DNA of 64,000 nucleotides from Eledone cirrhosa (taxonomy: Eukaryota), in NCBI GenBank assembly GCA_964016885.1, contig OZ024740.1, positions 309,194,001-309,258,000 on the forward strand, given 5' to 3'. Numbering within the stretch: position 1 is the first letter of the stretch; each line of letters starts with the position of its first letter. Of the stretch, positions 37,093-50,875 are shown piece after piece. Both the position numbers and the translations under genes were made by a program. The notes beneath the pieces were generated by a model. That model was not told the origin of the DNA, did not search any database, and was given only the letters and a program-made list of their open reading frames with translations.

Positions 37093-37700
37093 TGAAGGGG
37101 TGTGGTCTAGTGGTTAGGAAGTTAGACTTGTGATCATAAAGTTTTAGGTTAAATTCCTGGACTGCAATAGCATAGCTGATGGTGGTTAAGGGGGTTGGCA
37201 AGGTCTGCCCCGGGTAACTCTTTTATGGGTTCAGCATTTTTCGGTCTATTGTATAAGCCTGCCTGTATCAAAATAAAAGGGGTTTTAATGTCAGGACATT
37301 AAATATGCTGTATTATTAAGAGGCAGGGGATTGGCAGTATCGGTAGAACATTGGACACCGTGCTTTGTGGCATAGTTACGACCCTTTACATTCTGAGTTC
37401 AAATCCTGCCTAGGTTGGCTTTGCCTTTCATCCTTGTGAGATCAATAAAATAAAGTACCAGTAACACATTGGGGGTCGATTTAATCGACCTGTACCCCCC
37501 CCCCCCCCCCTTCCGAAAATTGTTGACCTTGTGCCTAAATCAGAAACCACTATTAAGGAGAGGGTAGGGGGGACTGAAGGACTACCTCGGGTGGCACTCT
37601 CTTTAGCTATGCCTCTGCTGGAATAGGTAGTGTGTTGTTTTCTAGAGCAAAATATTTTATTTCATGTTACCAGTTGTGACTGGTTGATAATATCAACAAT
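37093..37700 (+). mobile_element. SINE S4 interrupted by hAT-like MITE (37165-37617)
   Basis: Head GTGGTCTAGTGGTTAGG...GGTTAAATTCCTGG resumes at 37618; MITE ends CAATAGCATAGCT / AGCTATGCCTCTG. Confidence 0.55.
37322..37555 (+). mobile_element. SINE S1 copy (long subfamily), full length
   Basis: A and B boxes, core, GGGGTCGATTTAATCGACC hairpin, tail. Confidence 0.88.
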
Positions 37701-37829
37701 GGAATAACTAATAGAAATATTGTTTCCTTGGGCCAATGTGTTGATCAGCTCGTTTCTTTTTCTTTTGGAATCAACTTAATGTGTAGCAAAACAATGATTT
37801 GAGGCAGAAATATTAGAATCACTCAGTCA

Positions 37830-38090
37830 GCTTTGTAAGGTGGTCATACTGTTGCCACGACGAAAAAGCACCCAGTCCACCCTGTAAAGTAGTAGTAGTG
37901 GGGCCATGAGAAAATTCACCCAGTGTATGCTGTAAAGTGGTTGACATTAAAAAGGACATTCAGAAAATGAAAGGACATTCAGAAAATGAAATCTAAAACA
38001 GATCTGTATGAGCAAGGTGTGGTCACCTGACCAGCTAGCCTCATAAAATGACATCCCATCCAACTCGTGCAAGAAGGAAAAATGTTTACT
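37830..38090 (+). mobile_element. RTE-type 3' UTR fragment
   Basis: AAAAAGCACCCAGTCCACCCTGTAAAGT units; GTATGAGCAAGGTGTGGTCA. Confidence 0.65.
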
Positions 38091-38514
38091 CTTCGCTTCA
38101 TTTTATTTGAGATTCAAAAACTAGGATTAACTTAATTGACTAACCACTCCCCCTATGTCATCTGCTTATCTTCATCGTCATTATCCTCATGTTATTCCAG
38201 TCACCAAGCCAGAAGGATAGCTATGTTAGAAGAACATAGAAGTGTGTATGTGTGCGTCATTAGACTTACGTCATTTATTGTTTATCTTAAGGACATTTTA
38301 GAACTTAGCCATTCTTTAGGGCAATGACCCAGTATTTGACATTCTCTGAGTCTAAGAAGCATTTGATATGCCTTTTTTTAATATTATGTGTTTTGAATTT
38401 TTTAACTATCATCATCATCTTCTTCTTGAGAGGGTTGTGGGACTGAGTCCTCAAACACTCTTTCCAGTGGGTCCTGTCAGAAGAAATCGTCCCCGGTTAG
38501 ATCCCCAAGCGAGA

Positions 38515-38985
38515 TGAAAGGGATTTGATTATATGCTGGAATGCATGTTGTCTGATGCTCTACCAATACTGCCACTCCACTGCCCTAGTAATAATAATAA
38601 TAACAATAATAATGGTTTCTTATATAGGCACAAGGCCAGTAATTTTGGGGGAGGGAAAAGTCGATGAAATCGACTCCAGTGCGTGACTGGTATTTTATTT
38701 TATCAGATGAAAGGCAAAGTGAATCTCAGCGGGATTTGAACCCAGAACGTAAAGGGTCACAACTCTATGCTGAAAAGCACGTCTGACGCTCTACTGATAC
38801 TGCCAAACAATAATAATAATTTCCTACCTATATAAGCACAAGACCACAAATTTGTTGATTAAATTCAATCCAGTACTTGACTACTGGTGCTCTATTTTAT
38901 CAACCCTGAAATAAGGAAAGGCAAAACTGACATCAGTGGGTTTTGTAACCAGAATATTATCGAATACCACAAAGCATTTTAAACA
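38515..38985 (-). mobile_element. Three adjacent SINE S1 copies/fragments
   Basis: Heads CTACCAATACTGCCA (38560, 38795), cores GATGAAAGGCAAAG (38707, 38915). Confidence 0.75.
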
Positions 38986-38987
38986 GT

Positions 38988-39862
38988 AGACAGCTTCTGC
39001 TACCTAGGTGACCGAATTAGCAACGGAGGTGGGTGTTCAGAAAGTACAATAACTAGGGTAAGAACGGGATGGAAAAAGTTTAGGGAACTACTACCACTGC
39101 TAGCTGCAAAAGGCTTCTCCCTCAGAATGAAAGGCAGACTGTATGATGCATGTATCCGAACAGCGATGTTGCATGGTAGTGAGACCTGGGCGCTGAAGGT
39201 GGAAGACTTACGTAGATTAGAGAGAAACGAGCCTGCATGCTCCGATGGATGTGTAACAGTAATATACGTGAACGACAAAGCATAAATGAATTGAGAGAGA
39301 GACTGAGCATAAGAGGAATCAAATGCTGTGTGCAGGAGAGGCGGTTGCGCTGGTATGGACATGTGATGCGTATGAAGGATGACAGCTGCATAAAAAGGTG
39401 CAGAGCACTAGAAGTTGATGGAAACCGCGGAGTGGGGAGACCCAAGATAACCTGGGATGAGGTGATAAAAGCCGACCTTACCCAATTACACCTCTCAAAG
39501 ACAATGACACACGACCGTGACTTCTGGCGTCACGCAGTAATACAGAGTACATGGGTACAAGCTGAAGCATATAGACAATATGCCCCCACACCCCCCACCG
39601 CAAGGTGGTCGTGGAGGTGCCACGGCAAAAAAGCACCCAGCCCACACTGTAAAGTGGACATGTAGGCGCCACAAAAAAGCACCCAGCACTCACTGTAAAT
39701 GAGGTTGGTGTTAGGAAGGGCATCCTTCTACAGCGTAGAAATCAAGCCAAATCAGTTCCTGTATGAGCAAGGCATGGTCAGCCGACCAGACACTGCCCAC
39801 AACAGGACAACCCGTCTAACCCATGCTAGCGTGGAAGAACGGACGTAAAACGGTGATGATGA
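38988..39862 (+). mobile_element. RTE 3' ~870 bp (variant B)
   Basis: YLGDRISNGGGCSES...HGSETW...RRLRWYGHVMRM...GRPKITW; UTR B; GAT tail. Confidence 0.93.
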
Positions 39863-40975
39863 CAATAATAATTCTGACAAACTGCCATCCCAATAATAAT
39901 AATAATAATAATAACAATAATAAAGTCTCATCCTTCTTTGGAAGAATTACAAATAGTAATTATTATTACTAATTGATCATAAATTAAAATTACATAATAT
40001 TAATTAATTTTTTTTATTAATGTTTGCTTCCATATTTAATTGAACAAGATTCATTATTGTAATATTTTTATTAAGAATATTAATTAAAAATAATCTTAAA
40101 ACTAATCATACTATTCATATGTGATGAAAGATTGACTTGTGTTTGGAAAACTTCTCACTCCTACAGGTAGCTTCTTGCATTAGTGCAAATGAACAATAGG
40201 GTTAATTAGAATTGCTTTTGCTAAGATTCAATGGGATAGCTGTGTATAGGAATGGACTAGTATTATAAAGACTATGAATCAAAATGTGCTTCAGAATAGA
40301 GTTGGAATTCCAGCTGCGATTTTTAACAACTTTTAATCCATGTAATGTTTTCTTGCCTCCTTTTTTTTTTCTTTTTTTTTTTTACTCTTTACATTCAGAC
40401 TTGCCGCTATCCCTATTTAATGTGTGTGTGTTTATGTGTAAGGGTGTGAGTGCGTGTGTGTTGCATAGGTGTTTACTTGCATGTGAGTGTATGTGTTTTA
40501 AATAATAGTTGCAGTCAGTTTTATGAATGTTAGACAAATATTTGGGTGTGATTTATTTATACTGTACTGTTTCTCTCTCTCCCCCTCTCTCTCACTCTCT
40601 CTCTTCCTCTCCATTTATAAATTGTAGACAATGTCAATTGTTTGTTCATTGGCTTAATCTTATTCTGTTTCATTCACTTATGTCAGTTATGGCCTTGAGG
40701 AAAAGCTTCAACAACAATCACACCCTCTTCCTTATATATCTGTGAGCTTCCTTTACACCTATATAAGAAATGCATTAACTTGAATAAATAAGGCAATATT
40801 TGTCACAGTGTTTTAACTACAGCTCCTAGAAGTACAGAGCTGTTGAGTCAATTTAATGTTCACCATGTTGATGATGTTTATCTTATTTATTTCATATTAC
40901 ATTTTATGAACACAAATATTATTGGTAACATTCTGATGGTGACAGTGACAAAGGAATGTCACCAATTTTTCGGTT

Positions 40976-41260
40976 TCATCATCATCATCATCACCACCAC
41001 CACCACCATCATCATCATCGCTATCATCATTATCATCATCATCCTTTTACATCCGCTTTATGCTGGTTTGGGTTGGGCATATTGCCACAGCCTGAGACAA
41101 GACAGGTTGACCTCATCTTGCTCAAACATTCCATATTTGGCATGGTTTATATGGCTGGATGCCCTTCCTAACAAGGTATTTTGGTTGTATTTTTTATGGC
41201 ACCAGCTCTACCACTTTACAAAGTTTACTGAGTGCATTTTAACTGTGGCACCAGCATTAA
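40976..41260 (-). mobile_element. RTE-type 3' tail with expanded (CAT/CAC)n
   Basis: GGCTGGATGCCCTTCCTAAC, ACCACTTTAC motifs; the expanded tail explains the poly-His ORF. Confidence 0.7.
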
Positions 41261-41494
41261 TATTAAAGTACCAGTAATGCACTGGATAATTGATGGCCTT
41301 GTGCCAAAAAATAGAAACAATTGATATTTTACAATGGCATTGTGGGACATCAGATGTCGAGCATGTCCAGCTTTCATGCTTCTATGCGTGAGTTGGGCAG
41401 GTGAGGTGTATCAGGAGTGAAGGTTTGGAGGGAAGCGAGGCAGGTAAGCAAGTTTGACATTGACTAGGTGCGTGAGATATTTAGCTGGGTATTA

Positions 41495-41598
41495 AGAGTG
41501 GGGAGAGTGAATGGGAGGGGGAGAGTGAATGGGGAGGGGGGAGAGTGAATGGGGAGGGGGAGAGTGAATGGGAGGGGAAGAGTGAATGGGGAGGGGTA
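41495..41598. repeat. G-rich ~19-bp minisatellite
   Basis: (GAGAGTGAATGGGGAGGGG)n, ~5 units. Confidence 0.9.
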
Positions 41599-41664
41599 GA
41601 GAGAAGATTGGTACAGACTAGTTTGTCCTCTACATGTTTGTTTCATTTCATTTCATACACATGA

Positions 41665-41990
41665 GAAGTGGGATCTTCTTCAGTACAGCATGATGCCAGA
41701 GATCTCGATTCTGTGTTGTCTCATTTGTGAGGTTTAACTAGGTAAACTTCATCCCAAAGTTTCCTAGGTTTTCTTCTTCCATAGTTACCACCCACTTTGA
41801 GTACCCTGCACCATTTTATTTAGCTGTTATCCTCTATATGCATCAAATGTTCAAACCATTGCAATCTCCTCTCCTGTACACTGCACCTGACACCCTCCTA
41901 TGCCTAGTTTCTCTCTCAGTTCACTACTGCTTTGTCGTTCATGCACTCTACTATTACACATCCATTGGGGTATCTCAGTTCATGCATTCT
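41665..41990 (-). mobile_element. Old RTE C-terminal fragment
   Basis: LREKLGIGGCQVQCTGEEI/QERRLQWFEHLMHIEDNS, GRRKPRKLWDEV. Confidence 0.7.
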
Positions 41991-42169
41991 TGAAAGACCC
42001 AACTCTTTAATAAGGACTTTGACTAAAAAAGAATCTGACCTAATGAGTACATTCTACATTAGCATAGGGTTGTATGATTGTGACAAAATATATGATCCTG
42101 TCAACCTATACATATTGTATTTATCAACTCCAACATCTGATTACATAGAGATGATGGATTGACTGTTAC

Positions 42170-42830
42170 ACCACACAATACTGGGCATGTGTTAACTAAA
42201 CTTAAAATTGTCATATCCCTCTTTAATAGCCTGCATCTAAAAGTAACTATAACTACCAACTCACACACTTCTTAGATTTTACCCTTAATTTAGATACTAT
42301 CACATATAAGTGCTATAACAAGCTTAATAAATGAATGATACTAAATTTTGTCACCCACCCACAGTTTTTTAAAATATGGTTAACATTAGCAGAAGAATCT
42401 CTAACTTCTAACAAAAAAAAAAAAAAAAAATCTGATAGAACAGCTCCATATTAAAATAGTGCTTTAGCAAATATCAGCTTCAAAGACAAAATTAATGTAT
42501 GTTTACCCAGCAATATTAACTTGATCAAACCCTTATATTCATTAAATATAAAAATCAACATAGTTAAAAGCTTTCTGACACTAGAAGATAAACACTTTCC
42601 TAAACATGACCATTACAGGAACATTTTTAACAGAAATTGTTTGAAGGTGAGTTGTTGCATTCCTAATACGATTAACATCATAACACACATACACTATCAG
42701 GAACAACAAAAACAGGATGCACATGTAAAAAACACTGATGCATGCCTGTTCATTCAATCTTGTTACGCCAAGGTGCCAGTGTATGAAGCTAAAGTGACCT
42801 TTTTTAACTCAAACAGATCACTTGATAGTA
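42170..42830 (+). mobile_element. Penelope-like element fragment (RT C-terminus and linker)
   Basis: FLDFTLNLDT, HPPTVF, RRISN, KPLYSLNIKINIVKSFLTLEDKHFPKHDHYRNIFNRNCLKVSC, VYEAKVT. Confidence 0.8.
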
Positions 42831-44164
42831 AACATAACATAAAAATAGTAAACCAACCACACTTGTGGGTGAATGTGTTATATGTCAATGAGAAGTGATC
42901 TTGGGAGGAGGGAGTGATGGTTGACAGCACAGAAGAGTAATGATGGGATGTATGAGGTATAAATAGATCTAATTATTCTTCGTTTAGGCATTTTATTCAT
43001 ATATAGATTAACTCTGAAATTTCTTATGTAATTCGTGTGTATGTGATATAATTTCCACCTAGCAAATTCCAGATATGGTAATCTATATGTGGCTATGGCA
43101 AAATACTCTTGCTTAAAGTGTCATACAGTAGGGTGGTTGTCAAATGAATCTCTTAACCACGCAGCCTTGTCTAAAGTCATGCCTATTGGAGAGAATGACA
43201 ATATAAGGAGTTTACAAAGTAGATTATTTATTAAGTGAACATAAAGTTGTGGAGAATTATTTGGATAGTGTTGATCAAAGTCCTTGATACACAATGTATA
43301 TTGAAGTTCTTAGATGTGTGTGAATGAGGGAGAAGACAGGGCTGTGTGTAGTGATATTTATTCCATTTGTTACCTGAGCAATTAGTCAATTACTTGACCT
43401 CATTCAGGACAAGAGGTATTCATTAACTTTTAACTGCCTGTAATTATTTAGCAGAAAGTATCAAAATAGCGTCTGTCAATTCAAATGTTTATAGTATCTT
43501 TACTAGTGGATCTATATCATTGTGAACATTTGGATTGTTGGAGTAAATGCTTCAATCACAGTTTATTCTTTTCAAGAATGTTTTGCTAATGTTGTTTCAT
43601 GTGGTTCATTAATTCAAATGTTATAGTACATTTACTAGAGGACAGATAGCTGTGAAATTTCATAGTAAAATAAAGCAGAAACTTTAGCTTTTAATGTGAT
43701 GCAGTCATATTGGTGTGTTGCTAATGCGATTTCACGTGGTACAGGACATCAATCAGCCTTATATATCTGATGCGGTGAAAGATTTTGTATAATTTTTATG
43801 CCTTTTTTGAGGTTATTAGTAGTTATTAATAGAGGAAGTGAAAAAGTCAGAACTAGAACCAAGCATAGATCACTGATCTATACAAACACACATCTGTGTG
43901 CATATATATATATGTATATATGTCTATGTATTTATGTGTGTGTGTATATCGCTTGAACTTTTGATGAGTCATTTGACCCTCAGCCTATAAGAGTACAGCC
44001 CATCCAATTATCTGATGTAGTATAGATAACAAGCTAGTTGCTAGATAAGATATGTTAACCTTGAATGGTGATTAGAGCAGAAATGCTTCTTTTTTTCATT
44101 TTAAAATTGACAAAAAGAGTATATGTTGTACCCCCTGTGTAGTCACAGGTCTGTAAACAGCATT

Positions 44165-44230
44165 TGTGTGTGTGTGTATATATATACATGTGGGTGGGTG
44201 TGTATATATATATATATATACATACATACA

Positions 44231-44272
<42 letters not shown>

Positions 44273-44282
44273 CATACATACA

Positions 44283-44330
<48 letters not shown>

Positions 44331-44336
44331 CATACA

Positions 44337-44368
<32 letters not shown>

Positions 44369-44442
44369 CACGTGTGTGTGTATATATATATATATACATG
44401 TGGGTGGGTGTGTATATATATATATATATATACATACATACA

Positions 44443-44504
<62 letters not shown>

Positions 44505-44510
44505 CATACA

Positions 44511-44544
<34 letters not shown>

Positions 44545-44548
44545 CACA

Positions 44549-44580
<32 letters not shown>

Positions 44581-44715
44581 CATGTGTGTGTGTGTATATA
44601 TATATACATGTGTGTGTATAGGTATATATATATATACATATATATGTGTGTGTATATATATATATATACATATGTGTGTGTATATATATATATATATACA
44701 TATACGTGTGTGTGT
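44165..44715. repeat. Compound (TA)n/(TG)n/CATA microsatellite with higher-order units
   Basis: Recurring CATG(TG)n(TA)n CATA units; TGTGGGTGGGTG block occurs twice. Confidence 0.95.
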
Positions 44716-45186
44716 CATCATCATCATCATCGTTTAACATCCATGTTCCACGCTTGCATGGGTTTGGACGGGAGTTTTCCCACTTGAGGCAAGAGTGGTT
44801 GTCTTGCTCGCATAGGACTGTCTGGCAGGTTTTCTACAGCTGGATGCCCTTCCTAACACCAACCACATTTACAGTGTGGGACTGGGAGGTTTTTACCGTG
44901 TTGCCTACACGGCCACATTACAACGTGGACTGTGTGTTTTTTATCGTGACACCTACACGACCTCATTTGTTTCGGCCTGGATGTTGTGGCACCAACATAA
45001 CTTTACATTGAAAGGGGCGGTGTGGATGGGGTGGGGTGGTGGGACGGGGGTGTATTTTGTTAGAGATGCCTACTGACTGTAGTAGGTTTTACTTTGTATT
45101 TAGGTAAGGCGGGTCTTCTCTATTACTGAGTACCGCCAAAGATCTCGGTCCAGTGACATTGTCTTGGAGAGGTGTAAGTGTGTGAG
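44716..45186 (-). mobile_element. RTE 3' end (variant A)
   Basis: Near-identical to 13341-13815; embedded in TA/TG microsatellite. Confidence 0.93.
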
Positions 45187-45204
45187 TGTGTATATATATA
45201 TACA

Positions 45205-45253
<49 letters not shown>

Positions 45254-48200
45254 GTGTGTGTGTGTGTGTGTATATATATATTTGTCTGGTTTGTATTTGT
45301 TTCTGTAAATTTGCACAGAGGGTGTGTATTTATACAGAAGGGGAGGGTGTATTTGCACATGCCTGTATGTATCAGTACATCAATCTTTTTTTTTATGGCA
45401 GCAGGATGTTGAACTAAGATAACAGTCTTGGATGATTTGCTCTAAAGACTGGCAGAAATCATTAATTAAAATCCATTTGTTATTAAGAGCCCTTGTTACT
45501 AATCTCTGCTTAACAAAACAGAAGAAATCAATAAGGAAGAAACCTTTCTGCAGTTGCTTGTCCTAGAAATAGCAGCTAAACCCCTTCAAATAAAGTCGTA
45601 AGATAAAAAAAATAATAATCATACTCGATAGCCACAACACTCACTAGAATTCAAAATATTTGTTAAATGAAAAAATTCACTACACTAAATAGGTTAGATA
45701 TTATGAAGTCATATATTTTAAACTTTCTTTACTATATTTTTAATGAAAGATACTGCCTATTATTTTCAAATTATTTTGAAAATAATCAAGAATTTGGAGG
45801 AATTTAGTAAAATAACTAACTTTCTCATTATTAATCTGTTGTTTGGAACATAACTTAACAAAGGTTCATTGTATAAAAAAAACAAAAAAAAACAGGAGCA
45901 GTTTCAGGCAATTTGGTATCAAAAATGTTACCACTTGTTTTTGGAATATAACAATTGTTCTTGGAAAGTTTTTAGATAGATATAAACATCTTAAAACAAA
46001 CAGTTTTGTATCATAAAACTAAGGGCGGTTTCAGGAAGGTTAGTATCAAAAGGCATTTCTTAATGCCAACCAACATACAGGGCAGACTGAGTGTAATGCA
46101 TGTATTTTTTCATAGCACCTCTACTAACACTTTACATGGTGTACTAAGCATGTTTTATTGTAGCACCAGAACTACCACTTTACAGACTGGACTGGATACA
46201 CTTTATTGTAGCACAAGCACTATGAATAAAACTTGAGTTAACGTAAAACGTCTTTACTCATTTAGGATGTTGCAAGTCTATCATGAAGTGTGTAACAAAA
46301 GTAGTGAACTCAGTAAATTTAAGATAACGATTAGTTTTAATTCCTACATGCTTTCTATTTTAAGCAAATGAAAGCTTTATCAAATAAACAGAGAATTGGT
46401 GCTATCTTACACTTACACCAATGTCAGCATATAAATATAACATATGGGAATAAATACGAACTACAAAGATAATGATTAAAATCTTCCTTTTTTTCCTTAC
46501 TTTATATTTTTTAAATTATATTGAAGTTTACTAAAATCCATCTTAAAACATATTCAGTTTATTTTTTTCAGTGCTAAATCAAAATCAATGTTTATAACAT
46601 TATTTAAAACTCTTACTCTAGTCTTTTCTTTTAAAAGAAGACTTATTTAACACACGGAATGATTTATTTCCAGGTTGTGCTTTGAGATATGTTATGAGTT
46701 TATTTGTTTATTTAGTTAGTTTGTTATGCATGCCATTAGTTAGTTTGTTATGCACGCCACACTTGGTTGTTATAATACATCTTGGGTAATAACTATGTTC
46801 CCAGAATGTAGATGTAATAACATGTTTTAATTGTATTTTGCATGTGTATATTGGAATATGTGTGTGTGTGGATGTTTTTCTTTCTTTCCATTATTGTTAT
46901 CATCATCATCATCATCACCATTGTTATCATTATCCACTTTCTATGTTTGCATGAGTTAAGACTAGACAATGTTTTAATATTAAATGGTAGGTACACCTAT
47001 GACTCTAATGATCTCATGTAATTCTGCTGTTAGTAATTAACAACATTATTAGAAGACAATTATAAAATATCCAATACTACATTCCTCACACAACAAAAGA
47101 ATAGCAATTGGAATAAGTGTTGTCAAAATGTTAATAATTAATGAGCAAAACTAAGCCTAGTAATTATCAGCACAAAATGTAAAATGAAATCGTCATTGTT
47201 TATCATTGGGACATATAATCATTTAGATAGGAATTGTTCTTGTTTTGTTTTGATCTGTTAAAATTGTTTATTGTAACAGAGCTTGCATGAAGAATTGATG
47301 TGCCCTCATCATCATTTTGCAAAGTTATTTAAACTACCATATCAACTAGCTTCCTATTCATATATTTTTAAAGAAATGTTGTTTCAATATTGGATAGAGT
47401 TTTATATAATGTTTCTTTGAAAATAAAATGAATTGGTTTGAAGAAATGCGACTGCAATACTGTAAATATTGTTATCTAATGTTCCTTTAAAAAACAGAGT
47501 GAAGTGGTTTGAAGAAAAGTTATTGTTATACTAGGTGTATTGTTAGTTATGATTTAAAAAACATAATCTTGAAACCAGAGTAATTGGGTAGAGAGAATGC
47601 CTTGGTGTCTGTCAGTAGTATCTTTAGGGATGGACAGGTACACTGATTCACACTTTTGGCTCAGAGGCATTTTCAGTCACACTCCAGTAACTGGCTGTCA
47701 AAACTTAGCCAAGGACTGGATGCTTGGAGAAGAGATATGTACTGCCAAGCATTTCTAAGGCCCATTAAAATTCCATGCTGGACATGTCTTGAGTGTTACA
47801 CCAATAACTGGCTGCACCAGTTATGGAAATTTGTTTCATTATTGAATTGCTTAAGTGAGAGAAATAGCGTGTCTAAGTGTGTTCAGTTTTTATAAAAGTT
47901 GAATCTCAGATTCAGGAACTCAAGTTGTGGCTTGTTGTGCCAGTATCATGCCTCCCTATTGCAAATTGAATAAGGATATGGCAATAAATATTTTAATCAC
48001 TATTACCTTTTCAATTAATGGGATATTTTCTGATAGTCAAATTCTTTTTCTTTATAATGAATCATTTGGTCTTTCTAATGCATGAAGTCAAACATTGGGG
48101 TGATAAAATCTTTAACTATTTTGATACCAAATCGACTGAAACCACCATTGGTTCTATAATACAAAGCTATTTATTTTTAACTTTATATTTATCTAAAGAC

Positions 48201-48309
48201 CTTCAATGGAAATTTTATGTAAGACCTTTTGTGAAGTTATGTTTCAAACACCAACTTAATAATGAGAAAATTAATTATATTATCAAATACCTTCAAAGTT
48301 TTCCTTGCA

Positions 48310-48960
48310 AGATCCTAACTTTTTCACTGAGGCAGAGCAGTCATCAAACCAGATGAGAATCTATGATGCTCTTGCAGGAAAAAAGAGGACTGTTCATTAC
48401 AACACAACTGATATGTAAAGTCTATAGTATATGAAGTAGAGATCAAATACACAAAACACAACCAGCCAGAAATTCATGAAAAATTTGTAGGTATGGCCAG
48501 GATCAATTTAAACAAGGTTCTACTTACACCTTTTCTCATTCAGGCATCCTGACATAAAAACTAGCACAGCACTGACAAAAAGGGTCTGGCAGCTAAAAGA
48601 AAAAGGAGTACTGTATAATATAACATGGAAAGTACTCGAAAGGTCCACACCATCCATAAATGAAATGAGGAGAAGCCCACTCTGCCTCAGTGAAAAATTT
48701 AGATATTGAACAGAGCAAATAACTGAATTCCAAGACTGAAATTTTTAGACATTGTTTGTATGAGAAGGGCCATTTCTTGACCAACTGGAAACTCACACCA
48801 CAAAATGCCTTCCCACCAAATCTGCTAAATCCTCTATGAACCTTTTCCTTAGGGTATTTTTTGTAATTTTGTCCTAACACCCAATGAAAGGCCAATATTG
48901 AAATGGCTCCACCACTAAACAGTTGTGGCCATAACTGGACCCCAAAACCTAATGCTATGC
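48310..48960 (+). mobile_element. Penelope-like element, GIY-YIG endonuclease region (decayed)
   Basis: CSCRKKEDCSL...SIVYEVEI...FVGMA...FSFRH...TSTALTKRVWQLKEKGVLYNITWKVLERS...LCLSEK...LNSKTEIFRHC. Confidence 0.85.
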
Positions 48961-49016
48961 TTACATGTTAAGTGTATGACATTTTAAATATACTGTATAT
49001 ATATATATATATATAT

Positions 49017-50508
49017 CATCATCATCGTTTAACATCTATCTTCCACGCTAGCATGGGTTTAGCTGGGAGTTGTCTTGCTTGAGGCAAGATTGGTTTTCTC
49101 GCTCGTATAGGACTGTTTGGCAGGTTTTCTACGGCTGGATGCCCTTTCTAACACCAACCACGTTTACAGTGTGGACTGGGAGGTTTTTACCGTGTTACCT
49201 ACACGGCCACATTACAGCATGGACTGTGTGTTTTTTTTGTCATGACACCTACACGACCACATTACAGCGTGGACTGTGTTTTTTTGCCATGACACCTACA
49301 CGACCTCATTTATTTAGGACTGGATGTTGTGGTACCAACATAACTTTACAGAGAAAGGGGTGGTGTTGATGGGGGTGGGAGGATAGGGTAGTGGGATGGG
49401 GGTGTATTGGTTAAGAGGTGCCTACTGACTGTAGGTTTCGCTTTGTACATAGGAAAGGCGGGTCTTCTGTATTACTGCGTAGCGCCAAAGATCTCGGTCC
49501 AGTGCCATTGTCTTAGAGAGGTGTATGTATGTAAGGTCGGAATTTATCAAATTGTCCCAGGTTTTTCTGGGTCTGCCTACTCCGTAACTTCCATCAATTT
49601 TGATCGCCCTGCACTTTTTTATGCAGCCTTCGTCTTTCATGTGCATCATGTGACCATACCAACATAGTCTTCTCTCAAATAAACAGTATCTGATCCTTTT
49701 ATTCCTAATTTCTCACTTAGTTCATTTATGCTTTGCCATTCGCTTATATTACTATTACACATCCAACGGAGCATGCAAGCTTCGTTCCTCTCCAGTCTGT
49801 GCAGTTCCTCTGCACACAATGCTCATGTCTAACTGCCATGTAACATTGCTGTTCGTATGCAGACATCATACAGTCTGCCTTTTATTTTTAGAGATAAACC
49901 TTTGGCAGCCAATAGTGGTATAAACTCTGTGAACTTTTTCCAACCCTTTCTGACCCTGGCTACTGTACTTTCAGAGCACCCTCCACCACTGCTGATTTTG
50001 TCACCCAGATAGCGGAAGGTGTCCACTATTTCTATAGAACCATCTGGGCAGTGGAAGGAGCTAGTAGTCCTGTGGGCACTTGCTACTTATTGTACCTGAG
50101 CACCAGCCACATATAAAATCTACATTCTTAGATAGCTTACCTGTGATCCCACTACATCTTTTATGCACCCATACTTTGCATTTGGGACATAAAATGGAAT
50201 TTCTGCCTACTCCTTTCCTACGCACTGAGCATGGCCATTTCTCAGATGGGACCTGTGCCCTATTTTCCTTCCGAGAACTTTAGTCTTAGACAAGTCAACT
50301 TTAAGGCTTTTTGATTCTAGGCCATGCTTTCATGTTTGGAATTTCTTCTCTAGTTCAGCCATCGATTCAGCTATGAGTGTTAGATCATCAGCGTATAGAA
50401 GTTCCCATGGGCAGCCGGTCTTGAACTCCTCTGTTATAGCCTGGAGGGCAATAATAAATAGGAGGGAGCTAAGGACAGAGCCCTGATGAACACCGACTTT
50501 TACGCTAA
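49017..50508 (-). mobile_element. RTE 3' ~1.5 kb (variant A-like), frameshifted, includes PHD-finger region
   Basis: GVHQGSVLSSLLF, YADD, WPCSVRRKG...CPKCKVWVHKRC, FRYLG, GRPRKTW; (TA)n on both sides. Confidence 0.93.
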
Positions 50509-50657
50509 ATATATATATATATATATATATATTATTTTAAATTGAGTCTGGCAAAACATATTGTTAATAGTTAGTTTTTTTTCACCCTGGCGAACTTGGT
50601 CCCTTACACATGTTTATTTATATCTGTGTTTATCTCTCTTTTATATCCAATTATATG

Positions 50658-50712
<55 letters not shown>

Positions 50713-50758
50713 TTATATATATATATGTGTATATATATATATGTGTGTATATATATAT

Positions 50759-50860
50759 GAAGGGCATCCAGCTGTAGAAATCAAGCCAGAATCAGTTCCC
50801 GTCCCATCCTTGTAAACAGGGAAAAGCGGACGTAAAATGATGATGATGATGATGATGATG
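50759..50860 (+). mobile_element. Minimal RTE-tail derivative
   Basis: GAAGGGCATCCAGCTGTAGAAATCAAGCC...CGGACGTAAAA(TGA)n, within (TA)n. Confidence 0.75.
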
Positions 50861-50875
50861 TATATATGTATATAT

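Noticed and set aside
40956-41171. Poly-histidine ORF
   Set aside because: Expanded (CAT/CAC)n retroelement tail.
44055-44787. Long ORFs of 150-214 aa in all frames
   Set aside because: Translations of TA/TG microsatellite, which lacks stop codons.
47656-47895. 79-aa ORF as host exon or RT fragment
   Set aside because: No recognisable motif in any frame and no clear splice sites.
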